Part shown: positions 39,601-52,281 of the stretch, one piece after another
How positions within the stretch are numbered: the stretch's first letter is position 1
Layout of the letters: the number at the start of each line of letters is the position of its first letter
Source of the DNA: Eukaryota sp. GEM-RC1
Taxonomy: Eukaryota
Assembly (NCBI GenBank): GCA_040285855.1
Contig: JAUFOQ010000002.1
Coordinates: forward strand, 2,046,001-2,110,000
Length of the DNA: 64,000 nucleotides
Reading direction: 5' to 3'
The notes under the pieces: generated by a model
Told to the model about the DNA's origin: nothing
What the model saw: only the letters and a program-made list of their open reading frames with translations
The model's database searches: none
Made by a program: the position numbers and the translations under genes

Positions 39601-42600
39601 CTACTCAATACAGAGGTAGTCAATTTGATTTCTTCATCTTTTATGATTGCGGACAAGTCAGATATTTACTTCAATTTCTTGCAAGTAGATAACACTAGGA
39701 TTGAGGATGTGTTCGTTAAAACACTAGAATCAGACACACTAATTGAAAACATGTCCATTTGTCGATCCCAATTTTTGAATTGATTCAGTTAATTCATTCA
39801 ATTATTGATCTAACCTCGATTGATTTTGGGTCTTCAAATTCCCTAGCTGCTTCAGTTTTGAACATGACTCATTCTGTGGCTAATCTGCATGATATAGATA
39901 TTCATGGACCGTTTACCAGTAGACGATCTCTTTTATAATAGTTCACTCTAGGTTTACAGTTTCGAATTTTTCTGTCAATTATTTGAGTTCTTCTCTTATG
40001 TACTCTGACTCATCTTTTATGTCGTTGAGTGACATTATAGTTCATCATTCGATTGTCGATTGTCTTGTTTCTTTAGAGTCATCAAGCTCAAATATTTCAA
40101 ACTGTTCTATTTCAGACTTCCTTTCAAATGGAAATTCGACTGTATTTCAGGCAATGTCTTCAAGCATTATTGTCGACTTTTTATATCTTGATAATATCAG
40201 AAGTTCCAAGATTATGCTCCTTTCAAATTCTTCAGGTTTGTTATCAGATTCCAGTATTAACAATACTGACTGTGATGGAAGTATGTTTCAAATGGTGGAT
40301 TCCAAACTTCTATTTGTAAACGGTACCACTTCATTTTCTAGCTTCAAGTATTTCGTCTATATGGATTCTTCTATTCTTGATTGCCACGGTCTTCTTGTTC
40401 AGGGTTCAGAACTGAATTCTTTTATACAATCAACAGAATCAATTATTTCGTTATCACAATTCAAAAGTGATGTCACCAATTTCAACGAAGTTTTTACAAA
40501 AATATCACATTCTTTTATGAATTCTTCCTTCTTGACTTTTGTGAATAGTGTCATAACTACTATTTCATCCGTCAATCACAGTTTACTTGAATGTCGTCAT
40601 ATCCAGCTTCACAATGTTTCCTTCACCTGTCCAATTGTATCCTCTTTATTTCATTCATCCGATTCTGAATTGCTGCTATCAAACGTCTATGGTGGTGTAA
40701 TTGATATTCCGGTGATCAACTCTACTAATTGTGTTATTTCATGTTTTGAGGTCCAATTCTCTTGCACTTTTCCTGGTACTGCTATATACGTGTCATCATC
40801 CGACTTCAGACTTTTCAATTCTGATGTTATTGTGTTATCAAACCGTTATATTTACTCCTTTGATAGCGAGTTATTTCTACAAGGAATTACTATTTCGTGT
40901 ACTGTCCAAAATATTGAACCATTATTTGATCTATATCACAAGCAACTAAAATCTAATTTGTTTGATCTAAGGTTTTCTAATATTACTGTTACTGATCTTT
41001 TCATAACAAACACCATCAGCCACCATTTATTCTTCTCTGACAACTCTAGAATGAACATTTCACATGCTTGTTTTTCAAATATATTCTTGACTTCGGCTGT
41101 CCACTGTATGAATACGATTATCCAATTAAATAACTTTGAATTTGAAGACATTGAAGTTCTTGAACATTTTATCACCCTTTTGATTCCATTTGTTCTCTAA
41201 ACATCTGGTCAATTAATGAACTTGAATCATTTCAATTGTTTAAAGTAGTGCATTCCACTGTTTCTGTTGTCAATTTCACAACAAGTAGATTTGACCTTAC
41301 ATCTGTCTTTAGTCTAACTAATTCAATTGCTGATATCCAAGATTTCTCTCTTCATGAATGCAATACATCTTTTAAGAGTGGACTCGACAGTCATTTTCTA
41401 TTTTCTGTTTCTCATTCCCAAATTGTATTGACAAATTTTAAGTTTGATGGCTGCGTTTCCGAATCACACTTTAAGTCTGACCTTGAGCTCTTTAATTCAT
41501 CAATCAATTTGACAAATGCACCCGGTTTTTTGTTTTTATCCACACTAACAGCTCAGAATTCGTCGCTACTATTCTGTTCTGGATACCCAGTAATTTCAAA
41601 AGTTGTAACATTGGATGAGCATACAAAATTACTTGGCTATGACGCCTTGTTGGATCTATCTCAGTTATTTTCAAATGTATCAATTTCCCCTTCGACACAC
41701 TGCTGCAACACGTCTTCTTGTAGTGTTTCTTTATTTCTTAACGAAGTTCACTTCCTTGAAAAGCTGATGAATCTTTCAGTAAATGAGCAGAATCAATTTT
41801 CCAATGATTTTCAACGGCATTCCCTTAACTTTATGTTAAATGATGTTATTTCGTTTAGTGTCTTAAATAGTTCCATTTTCTTTAATTTTTCTATTTCTGA
41901 AAATTATTTTTTCCAGCAATTTTTCGTCCCTATTTGTCCTATTGATTTTGTCAATTTAGAACCCCCAACTAGAGGCGGATTTATACCACTTGTCGCTTTT
42001 AATCTAGGAATAGATCCTGTTATTATTCATCATTCAACGGCAACAATCGATTATAATCTTGAATACGTTTCAAATAATCATTACAATTTAAATGTATCAT
42101 TTGCTGAGGGTCATGGTTGTCATAGAATGACCATGTCAAGATCTGCAGATTCTTCAATAACTTCCTTTGCTTACTGCTTCCAAAAAAGCCTGTCATTTCT
42201 TTTGTTTCCCCTTATCCATTCTTCTTAAACGGAGAGCTTTCAATCATTGGTCACGATCTTTCAACAAGCTTTGACTATTCATCTATAGTTGCAACAATGA
42301 CGTCATCCAACGTAACGACGCACTCTCACGAACAAATTGTTCATTATACTCCTTATGTTTGTAAAGTCGAAAACAATATTTTTGATGTTTATGTTATAAT
42401 TGGAAATCAGTCTAGTAATGTATTTCAACTTAAACTCACATCTCCAAGACACGGCCTGTTTCCCTTGGTACTTTCCCCTTCCGGAAATTATTTTAGAATA
42501 TTTGGACCCAATTTCGGTAAAATGTATGAATGTTTCGTCAATTCCACTATTCAAATGTCTGGATACGAAGCTGAATTGATAACTGTAACAACTGATGAAC

Positions 42601-45600
42601 TTGTAATTTCTACTGGTATATTAGTTGGCCTTCGTAGATTTACCACTCATATTGAGTTTACTACGGGCATTTCTCTTGTTTTATCCGTTCCAATAACTTC
42701 TTTAGAAGCATTGAATACTACATATGTTTGTTTTGTCAACCAGCTTTGTGTGATTGAAGTCTACAGTTTATATGGAGAAGTTTCTATGAATGATTTTCAA
42801 ATTACACCAACTATTCCAAGTGTTATTCAAATTTTGGATTTTCAATCATCCAATTCTCTTGCTCATATTCAATTTCTTTCTTGCTTACCGGGATATGTTG
42901 AAAATCTCGAATTGTGTAGTAAAATTGGATGTTATCCTATCTTTAACTTACCTTTTATTGTCTCGTCCACTTCACTTTCTCCGCGATACATTCAGTGGTT
43001 TGACTCTGCCGTTACTAAGGAAGTTGTTTTAGAAATCGAAGGAATTCATTTCTATGAGTTTGATGTTATAGACAGAAGTATTTGTTTTGAAAATTTATAT
43101 TCTCAGTTGTCTGCGTTTAAAGACAATGGTGTCATGTTTGAAGTTGACGTGACTTCTCCTGGTTTATTTGATGCTCTTGGAATTGGCGCTTATGCGACTA
43201 CCTTTGAATTGAATTTGTCTTTTGAAGTGGACAACTATGTAATTGTTCCTCCATTGGTGCAATTTAACTCTCGAATTGAACTGCTTTTATTGGAAACAAT
43301 TTCATACATCTTTATTTCGCATGGCAGTCGAACTATGATGTTGACTGTAGGATCTAATATTTTTGAATTATTTGATAATGATCCTTTTATTGTCTTGCAT
43401 CAGTCATCTCAATCGATGAATGTCACTTTGATTACAGATTTGATTGGGGCTCAGTTTCCACTCTTTTACGAAGTGAATTATCACCAGTCATTTAATATCA
43501 ACTTCAATCAAATTGATTACTCAATTGAAGCAGATTGTATCAACAATTGTGAAATATTAGACCAAAGCTCAATACTGGGATCTTACAGTTTCACATTCTT
43601 CAGTTTAAATGAAGATGTGTCTTCTTTTATTTCTTAGTTCAATATTTTGAAACTTCTTTCTCTTTTGAATTAATTCGTCAAGTAGTACTTCCACCAGATG
43701 TTTCAATTTCTTCTTCATTGTTGTTTTCAACAATTAATGATGTGATTGTTACTATTTCTGTTCTTGCAAAATGTCCATTGTTTTCTGAATTTGATCTGAA
43801 TAGTTTTAAAGTGTCACATGATCAAATTGACTATGATTACCAAGAATTTGTTGTTTTTCCTCACTCGTATACTTATTCATTTAACATTTCGTCATTCAAT
43901 TTTTCACTTGGTGAGAGTCTTGTTTATTGGACTTGGAACAGCATTGGGTTTAAAACTCAAAATGTTGGAAAAATTCAAATTTTCAACACTGACTTTGCTA
44001 GTACAGATCACGTCAGTGTTTTTGAACATCGTAACATTAATGTTGACTTCAAAGGCACTCTCAGCTCACATTTTAAATGTGTTGTTCACGGATATTCGTT
44101 TCCAGGAACTATTACAGATTCGGTATTGATTTGCAATGGTTTAATTCTTCCAACTTTCGAAGAAATTGTTTCAGTGTATATTTACTTTGAAGACTTGTTT
44201 GTTAACTCAGTTTCTGTCTTTGGGGAAGCCTTTTTGGAGGAATTGTGTTTTTGCCCAAATCTCATCATCCTCGTATTAACGACTCACAGCTATCCACTAA
44301 TATTTCTAGTAGTTTCATTTTTGATGGCTCTCGCTGCTGCAATGTTGACGTTTCTTTTTGTTCTGAACTTTTACAGCATAGTAACAGTGTCTCAGTTGAT
44401 TTCAATTCATCTTTTGATATTTTTAAAATCGTAATCACTACAAATTCCAGTTGTCGAAATAGAGATTCTGACCTTCCCTTTCAACTTTCTGTCAACGATC
44501 TCACTTTTTCTCCAAATATTAAATGTACTCAAATTGCAAGTGGTTTTTCTTTTGCGTTGGTTTGTGAATCCAATGATATTATTCCAGGAGTATCTAAAAT
44601 TGTTTTAAATCCTCAAAATAATTTATTTCTTCTAGAATTGGAGTTTTACGGTTATGAATCCAATTCTTGTTTAGCTCCTGTTGATATCAACAAAGGAATT
44701 ACTCCGCTGGGAGAAAAACTAACAGAAGTTATCCACTTACAATATGGGAATAGTGTATATAGGTCTTTTGATCAATTTTCAGATGAAGTCTCAAATTCAT
44801 CTCAAATTGTTTATGCTTCCCATTTATCGTATTCCTTGTTTATATTGTCCCCTAACTGTTTTCATTCTAAAGTGCCATTCATTGTTACTTTTACCCCTGG
44901 TCAACCGATTAAACTGGCTTTTACTCATGAATATCATGAAATTGATTCAAATAGTGATGTTGTTTCTATTCCAGTTTTATGTGTGGATACTATTGGTTTC
45001 ATTGTAAATTGTTCTGGTAATGTAACTGTTTTAGATTCTTCTTTCGAATGGAAGTATTTTAAGATGGAGTCGGAAAGTTTGGTATTCACGTTGACTGGAT
45101 TTAACTTTACATACCATCATTTGGAACTGCAATTCAGAGGACAATTTGTTAACTCAACTATTGCATTTGTTCAAAAATGTACAAAAATGTTGATGTGTGA
45201 AACATTTGATGTAATTCCGTGTAATCATCAAATGTTGTATGATAAGTCGTGCTCACTGCTCAAACTTCATGTTGAGTTATTGACTCAACATGAATTTTCC
45301 AACTCTTCGCATTTGATTTCCGTTTCAAACCTTGAGTACTTTGCCACAGAAAACTCAGTTGAAGTAGCTGCATTTGAAGATGTTGTAGAACTTATTAGCT
45401 ATCCACTCCAGTCCATGTCAATTACAGTTAGCTATTTGTCCCTATCGTTGATCATCAATCTTGTCACACATGATTGTCCATTTCCCAAATTGAATTCAGG
45501 GAATGGATGTTTTTGTCCGAGAGGAATGGAATTTAACTACCTTGGTGAATGTGTAGAATGTACTTTAAATTATTTCTCAAATTCGGAATTCAATTCAGAA

Positions 45601-46647
45601 TGTCGACCTTGTGTTTTTCCTAGATTAACTCTTCAAAGAGGTTCCAGTGATCTTGACCATTGTGTTTGTCCTTTAAACACTCTTGATTCTATAGAATCTT
45701 GTTTACCTTGTCCTCATTTAGCTGAATGTGGATATGGCAATTTGACTGCAATTGAACCTGGTTTTAGATTAAATACTGATACTTGGGAACTAGATGAGTG
45801 TGTCTTTTGGTTCAGTTGTGAAGGAAACTCATGTAGATCACCTTATGCTTACGGAAATTTATGTCAATTCTGTTCAGAACCCGCGCGTTCAACCAGAATT
45901 TTCTGTATCGGAGATGAGCATTTCCAAATTAAGATAGTTCTGCTCATCACGTTGTTACTCATTTTACTCTTAACAGATGTTTCAATGTCAAAATTGCTGG
46001 TAATGGAACACGACAATCATGATATTCTTCTCCTTACGTCCTCAAGGAGTCAAAAAGTTGAACTTATTCGATCAATGTCTTCATTTACGAATTTTTTGTT
46101 CATGAGTTTGTTTTTGTTCTCCGTTGGTTACACCAAGTACTCCAACTCAATTGTGGTATTTTTTGAGTTTATTATATCAGTTTTTAAATTTGATATCTCC
46201 ACTTACTTCTTTTCTGTTTTCTTATTCATCGTAATTTCCGTTTTCTCATCTTGCGTTGTGTTCAACAAATGCAAACAATTCAAGTTTTATCACAGTGCGT
46301 TCTTGACAACATCTGCGCTTGTTTCAATTAATTTCGTTTTTGCAGTTTTACATCAACACTTCCTTGTTTCACCACAATCGTTCAATGATTTTATCTTAGT
46401 GATAGGTCACTTTATCATTATTACCTGTGTTCTAATTCTTCAACGAGATCGTTTCCATTTCGTTCCCCTCATTGTTTACATTCTAATGATGGCATCGTCA
46501 TTTTTTGTTTTACCTTTACACTTAATAGTTCAAACAATTTTACTGTTGCTATTGGGTGTTCATGCGGTTTATCTCGACAGGTTTGTTTTTGCAGTGTTGT
46601 CGGCTGTTTCTGTTCATTATGTGTTTACTGTTTCAAATTTTATCTAG
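30688..46647 (+). CDS. Giant (~5,300 aa) cell-surface protein: signal peptide, RCC1 propeller, two LamG/ConA-like domains, long beta-helix, IPT/TIG-like, Cys-rich (GCC2/ephrin-receptor-like), multi-pass TM C-terminus
   Basis: Consecutive same-strand ORFs join through ~14 net one-base shifts, mostly in A/T runs, and I found no in-frame stop after correction. RCC1 motifs WGRNNAGQLG and WGWNGLGQLG; LamG motifs NQWINVVMT..FRGKIRKLFILNRALS; CGTSDSPCATL beta-helix cap; CFCPRG..CVEC..CPLN..CLPCP; hydrophobic terminal ~240 aa. Confidence 0.8.
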
Positions 46648-47349
46648 AAGCTTTCATTTTTTAATTAAATTTTCAATTCTTCACACCCTCAATGAATTTC
46701 TTGTGCCCAAAATTAATCAATTGTAATAGTCCAACAATTACATGTAATTAATTGCAATAATATTTTTAAGTCTTGATTAACAATACGACAATGAACTATC
46801 AACCAGAATTAACATCTCTCATCAATGGCACCAAATTCAGCAACAGTGCCTCATGAAGGTTCGTGGTCACAGTTGATTTGAATACATCAATGGTGTATAA
46901 GATGTACCTTCCAGGAGAAGGTTTGATTGAATGAATTGGGAAAGAGAAAACAAGATACATGGAGTTTGTTGAACATTTTGTTCCAGATTGATATGGTCAA
47001 ATGTAAAAAAAAATTAAGCAAACGGCGTGGAATATCTGAAACAAAGACCTACATCTAGATGTAACACATTTAATCTAGATTAATGTATTTAGATTAATGT
47101 ATTTTAGTCGGTCAAAAGTACAGTACTGGTACATACACCGTACCTACGTACGGTACGGTGCCTAAAATTGCCGCGGTACGGAACATTTGCGTTCCATGAA
47201 CTAAATGCACCACTGAATGCACCGTAAATTCATTATTTTTACAAAATGCACCATAAATTTCTTTTCGGGCCTAGAACCAACATTTTTGTTTATGTGCCAA
47301 AGACAAAGTCAGTGGTTAGCATTAGAGAAGTGTTCATCTATATGAGGAG

Positions 47350-47589
47350 CAAGTGATTGCTCTCGATCTGTCAAAATGCAGGAAACACTTCTTTCAGTTG
47401 GGCCAAAGTCCATATGTAATCTTCTGCAGTCTCGCCAGAAAGTAAGATAAAAGCGATGGAAAACGAGATCATAAAGGCAGAAATTCCCATGACGACCAGA
47501 AGTGGTGTTAAATATTGTTTGGTTTTGTAAGTACCATCCATCACGTACCCCAAAAAATGGCCTAAAACACAGATTTGAATAAATAACAA
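47350..47589 (-). pseudogene. MULE transposase DDE-domain fragment
   Basis: VMDGTYKTKQYLTPLLVVMG...AFILLSGETAEDYIWTLAQLKEVFP, homologous to the 50601 transposase. Confidence 0.8.
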
Positions 47590-47801
47590 GTATGGTTTAT
47601 GTTATTTAGTTCTTGAATTTAACTCACAATTCTGAATTTCTTGAGAGTTTTGTTTTCCATAGTCTTCCATGTTTGCCTGTTGTGGGATCAACACAGACAT
47701 GTGTTATTGTAGTATCATAGAATAAGTAAACATATTCATCTGATACGTCAAAATTATGTTCTCCACATAATACAGGGCTAGTACTTGGTTATTGTAACAA
47801 T

Positions 47802-48354
47802 TAGGGATGTTAAATGGTTCAGTTCAAGTGGGTGTGAACCGGGTCTGAACCGATTGAACCGATCCATTTTTCGATGTTTAAATTAATACATAAAACTACA
47901 ATTATTTTATGATAATGTAATAGAGAGGTAAAACAATCAACAATCATCTGAAAAAAGGTACATTGTATATGTTTATTGTATTCTTCTAAACTGTACTTCT
48001 AAACAGTTCTTTCTCAAAATATTCCCATAACATGGATGCTTAAGTTCAACCCAATAGGGTACGTTTAGTTTCACTTGCTGGACTTATTGCCAATAAGAAG
48101 AGGGCCAAATTGAGTGAAGAGTCTGTCCAATCTCTTGTATGCCTGGAATCATGGCTTGAGTCAAACCTAGATTAGGAGCGAACTACATTTTCAAGATACT
48201 AAATTAACGTTTTCGTTCAATTTAGTAACCAATTTGAGTTGTAGTCTTTAATTGAGTATATGTATTAAACTGAACCATGGTTCAGAACCGCTTCAGTTCA
48301 GTTCATACTATTAGAGAACTGAACTGAACTGATCTCAACCATTTTACATCCCTA
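47802..48354 (+). mobile_element. Non-autonomous hAT element
   Basis: TIRs TAGGGATGTTAAATGGTT / AACCATTTTACATCCCTA with TGAAC subterminal repeats. Retains the transposase tail RLVSLAGLIANKKRAKLSEESVQSLVCLESWL (~48062-48176). No TSD match. Confidence 0.85.
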
Positions 48355-50549
48355 TTGCTTAACTAGGATATAAGTACTTGGGGAAAGTTTTGTCACTTTT
48401 GTTGCCAAGAGGGGGTTTTCTATTCATAGAAATTCGTCATGTGATATGTTCACCTGCAATACCGCTATAAACACTTTCTGGAACTCTATTGATTGAGAAG
48501 AAGAACCGGTACAAAGAAATCAATTAGAAAAACTGGACAAAAACACTAACTTTATGATGTACCCAAAATTGTAACCTTCCTACGGAAATATAAATTAGCA
48601 AAATCAAACGAACAATACTAATGTAGGTATATAATAGCTCTCAGAGCAATCATAACTCATCTTAATTTCACTCCATACTTTCGTATGTCTTCTAACACAG
48701 AGCATCAATATATATTGGCTTCTAATGCCAAGAAGAAACTCACCATAGATGAAGTATCTGCTCTGTTTGGCGGAGTACCTTCTGCGGAAGGGTTAGGGAA
48801 ACTTCCCTCCCCCAAAGAGCAAGGGCTCTTCGAAGAAATCCAAGCGCAAGCCCCAGCCAGCTGAGCCGGGGATATCCAACTTTGATATTCATCCTCCTCT
48901 CGGTGCTTCCTCTTTCGCAAGGGACTTGGACACCTCCAAATCCTCTCCTGAAAAGGATAGAGGTACTCCCACCATCTCTCCAGTATTGGATAAGAGAACT
49001 TCCCGTATCAAATCTTTCTTTAACAAAGGCAAGAAGGTCGGAAAGAAGTTGGTTAAGTCTAGTCTCAAGGTCCAAATCCAGACCCAAGAAAGACATAAGC
49101 CCCCCATGTTCCGTATGTTAACGAGTACGGCTGCTAATAGTTTGATCAATAAGTACATCCCATAATATAATGATGAGGACCTCTCTTTGACAGAGCTCCA
49201 TGTGTTACTAGTCCGGAAAGTGGCAGTTCCTCTCTAGTGGAAGTTAGTCCAGCTTCTCTAGTAGACGTCAGTTCAGACGACGGACTTCCTCCTCCTCCCT
49301 CCAAGTCAGATTCAATTAAGGATGAAACACCCTTAACAGAGCGCCTCATTCGAGAGAATCATGAGTTGACATAGTACACACATCCCGAGTAGACAACCAT
49401 TGGGCAGACATGCTCTCACGGTTATGTCCTCACAGCAGTTCCTCCTCGCATTCCGATGCTCAGCTCACTGATGATCCAGTAGCTACTCCAAGAATTGACC
49501 ACACAAACATCCCATCAATTAACAGTCTCCGTGAAGTTGCACAAGAGATCTCCCAATTTTCAGCAATTGGTTGAGCAGAATCCGTTCCGAACAGCGTAAA
49601 GCAATCAAATCAAACGAACCTCCCTTCATCAACACAACATTCAACGATAGAGTACAGTTATATTTGACTCCCATCAAGAAAATCCTGATCCCATTGTCCT
49701 TTAGGAAGTCCATCTTGCTAAACATCCATGGACTAGTTCAATCCGGTCACCCCAGTTTATCCACGTCCATCAAAACTCTGAATGACAGCGACTAATGGTG
49801 GCCAAACATGAAAGATGATTTAACCACTCACATCAAGAACTGCCCTTCTTGCCAAAAGACCTCTCCAATCAAAAGAGATCAAATCCCTCACTCAGGTTTC
49901 CTTTGGGCTGATAAGCCCTTCTCCAAAAATCAATGCTGACACTATTGGTCCATTATCCCCTGATGCTGACGGTAAATTTATTTTAGTTTTCGTAGATTTT
50001 TTGTCTAGATTCACAATATTAGTCCCAATAATCGATCTGAACGCCAAAGAAGCTGCTTATGCACTCGTGTTCAACGTTTGTGGTATATTTGGTATCCCCT
50101 ACTCCATCTACAGCGATAACGGTCCCGAATTTGCCAACGCAACATTCAACGCAGTATGTCAACTGCTGGCAATTGAAAACTCAACGTCCATTCCACATTT
50201 TTCTCAATCCAACGGGCCAGTCGAGAGACGTCATCGTGACGTTTTAGGAAATCTTCAACGTTTCCTAATCGACTTCGGTACAACTGGGCAGAATACATTC
50301 CCTTCGTTCAACTCCAGTTTAACGCTACCTAGAACCGTTACACCGATCACAGTCCCTATGAACTCATGTTTGGGTCCTCTTTTGGTCCTAAAGCAGATCC
50401 CAGTCTCATAATCAAAGCTCTAGAAGCATCCAATTTAAGCATCCCTTTTATTGAAGATCATCAAAGAACAAACGAGAGAATAAAGGAAAAGCAGGAATCA
50501 GCAAGTAGCAATCAATCGTCAAAGAGACCTCCTGAGTGCAATAAATCAA

Positions 50550-52281
50550 GAGACTTCTCACTCCTTCTTTTTATTTCTTCACCATAGTTTTTCTTCCTCT
50601 ATGAACTACGAACCTGGATCATTTATTTTGGCAGCTCCTTCTTCCGATGATGATGCTCCTGATGATCAATCCGATTTATTTATTGATTTGAGTGATGATG
50701 TTGTTGCTCCCTCCAACAATTCATGTATCATGGACATTCCTGTGCTTCCGCCCAACACCAATGACATTCATGACTACCTAGAAACATTGAAAGAACATTC
50801 ATTCAACCAGGGCTTCGTTCTTAGACTGTTTAGATCCAAATACGAATCTGCCTCCTCCTACGTTAAGTTTCAACGTATTCATGGATCTCGAGGAAGTGTT
50901 AGTTCCGTCTCCGGCATCCGTTCACATAGTTCTTTTAATACAGATTGTATGTTTTTTCTTGTGTTCCGGAAGGATAGACATAGTGAGAAGTGGTATACTG
51001 ATGCTGTTAACTCAAACCTGCACCACAACCATCAACCTTGCGACGATATGTCCATATATCCACAGTTCCGACGATACACATTTACCCCAGAGCTAAAAGA
51101 ACTTGCGGTGTACATGATTCAATCTTGGTTTCCTGCTGACCAAATTGTTGATTGTATTAGGTTGAAAGACCCCGGTTGCCGTATCACACCCCAAGATGTC
51201 CATAATCTTAAAGGATCTGTCTCCCAAAGTTTAGGACTGAAGCCATCGGTTGAAGATTTGATTACCAGATTGCATCAGCAATCATTCCACGTGAGCTTGC
51301 TTTGGGATGAGAGTGATCATGTTACCCACTTTCTCTTCCTGCACAAGAAATCTTTAAATTTCTATGCAAAATTTCACACTGTTGTGCAAGTTGATTGTAC
51401 TTACAAAACTGAGGGAAATCACTTACCTCTACTTGCAATTGTGGGTACTACACCTACTTTATTGACTTATCATGTTGGTTTTTGTTACATGAAAGCAGAA
51501 ACAACTGTTGACTACAGGTGGGTTCTTTCTGAACTTCGACGTATCTGTCCGGCCATTCCCGAAGCTTTTGTTTCAGACCAAGAAACCGCATTGAAGAACG
51601 CTTTATCTGAAATTTATCCCGAAAGCAATCAAATTTTGTGTTTGTGGCACATATGTCAAAACATTCAACGTCACTGTCAGAAACGATTTAACAGTGGATC
51701 TGATTTCAATCATTTTATGCACAAGTTTTTAAATCTTGTAAACCTACAGGAAGTCGACAGTTTTGAAGAAAAGTATGAGCTCTTTCAATCAGAATTTGAA
51801 AGTGTACCTGCAGCTTTGAGGTACATTGACAACCAATGGATTCCGTTCAAGGAATCGTTCTAACTGTTGAGATGTTTCATCATCATTGGCATCTGGAAAG
51901 ACGCATTGAAGATGCTCAACGTGTAGGCCAACCTAGATTAGCCAGAATTCTTCCACCTAACCCAGCTCAGGCTAGAGGAAGAAGAAACTCAGAGGTAGCG
52001 AATAGCAATCCCCAGGAAAGAGTTGTTGCTCAACAACGAACTCAATATAAGTGTGGACTCTGCAGAACACCAGGTCATACTAGACGAAGTTGTCCACTAA
52101 AGGAACAGTTCCAACGTATGATGGAACAAGGAACTAATGAGTAGCTGTATTACTAGTAGGTTTATTTGATACGAAATAAAGAAAATAAGATGAGATGTCA
52201 TAGAGGAAGAAAAACTATGGTGAAGAAATAAAAAGAAGGAGTGAGAATAAGCGAAATCAAGGAGTGAGAATAGGGCGTCTC
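50550..52281 (+). mobile_element. Mutator-like (MULE) DNA transposon
   Basis: TIRs beginning GAGAC with a shared ~50-bp core TTCTCACTCCTTCTTTTTATTTCTTCACCATAGTTTTTCTTCCTCTATGA. Perfect 9-bp TSD ATAAATCAA at 50541-50549 and 52282-52290. Confidence 0.95.
50601..52144 (+). pseudogene. MULE transposase (FAR1-like domain, DDE core, C-terminal zinc knuckle), internally deleted or frameshifted at ~51860
   Basis: HHNHQP; VQVDCTYKT; FVSDQETALKNA; LCLWHICQN; CGLCRTPGHTRRSC. The region expected to carry the catalytic Glu appears absent. Confidence 0.9.

Noticed and set aside
48715..48731. tRNA gene or amber suppressor (CTA in a 7-nt loop)
   Set aside because: Only an isolated stem-loop; no acceptor, D or T arms.
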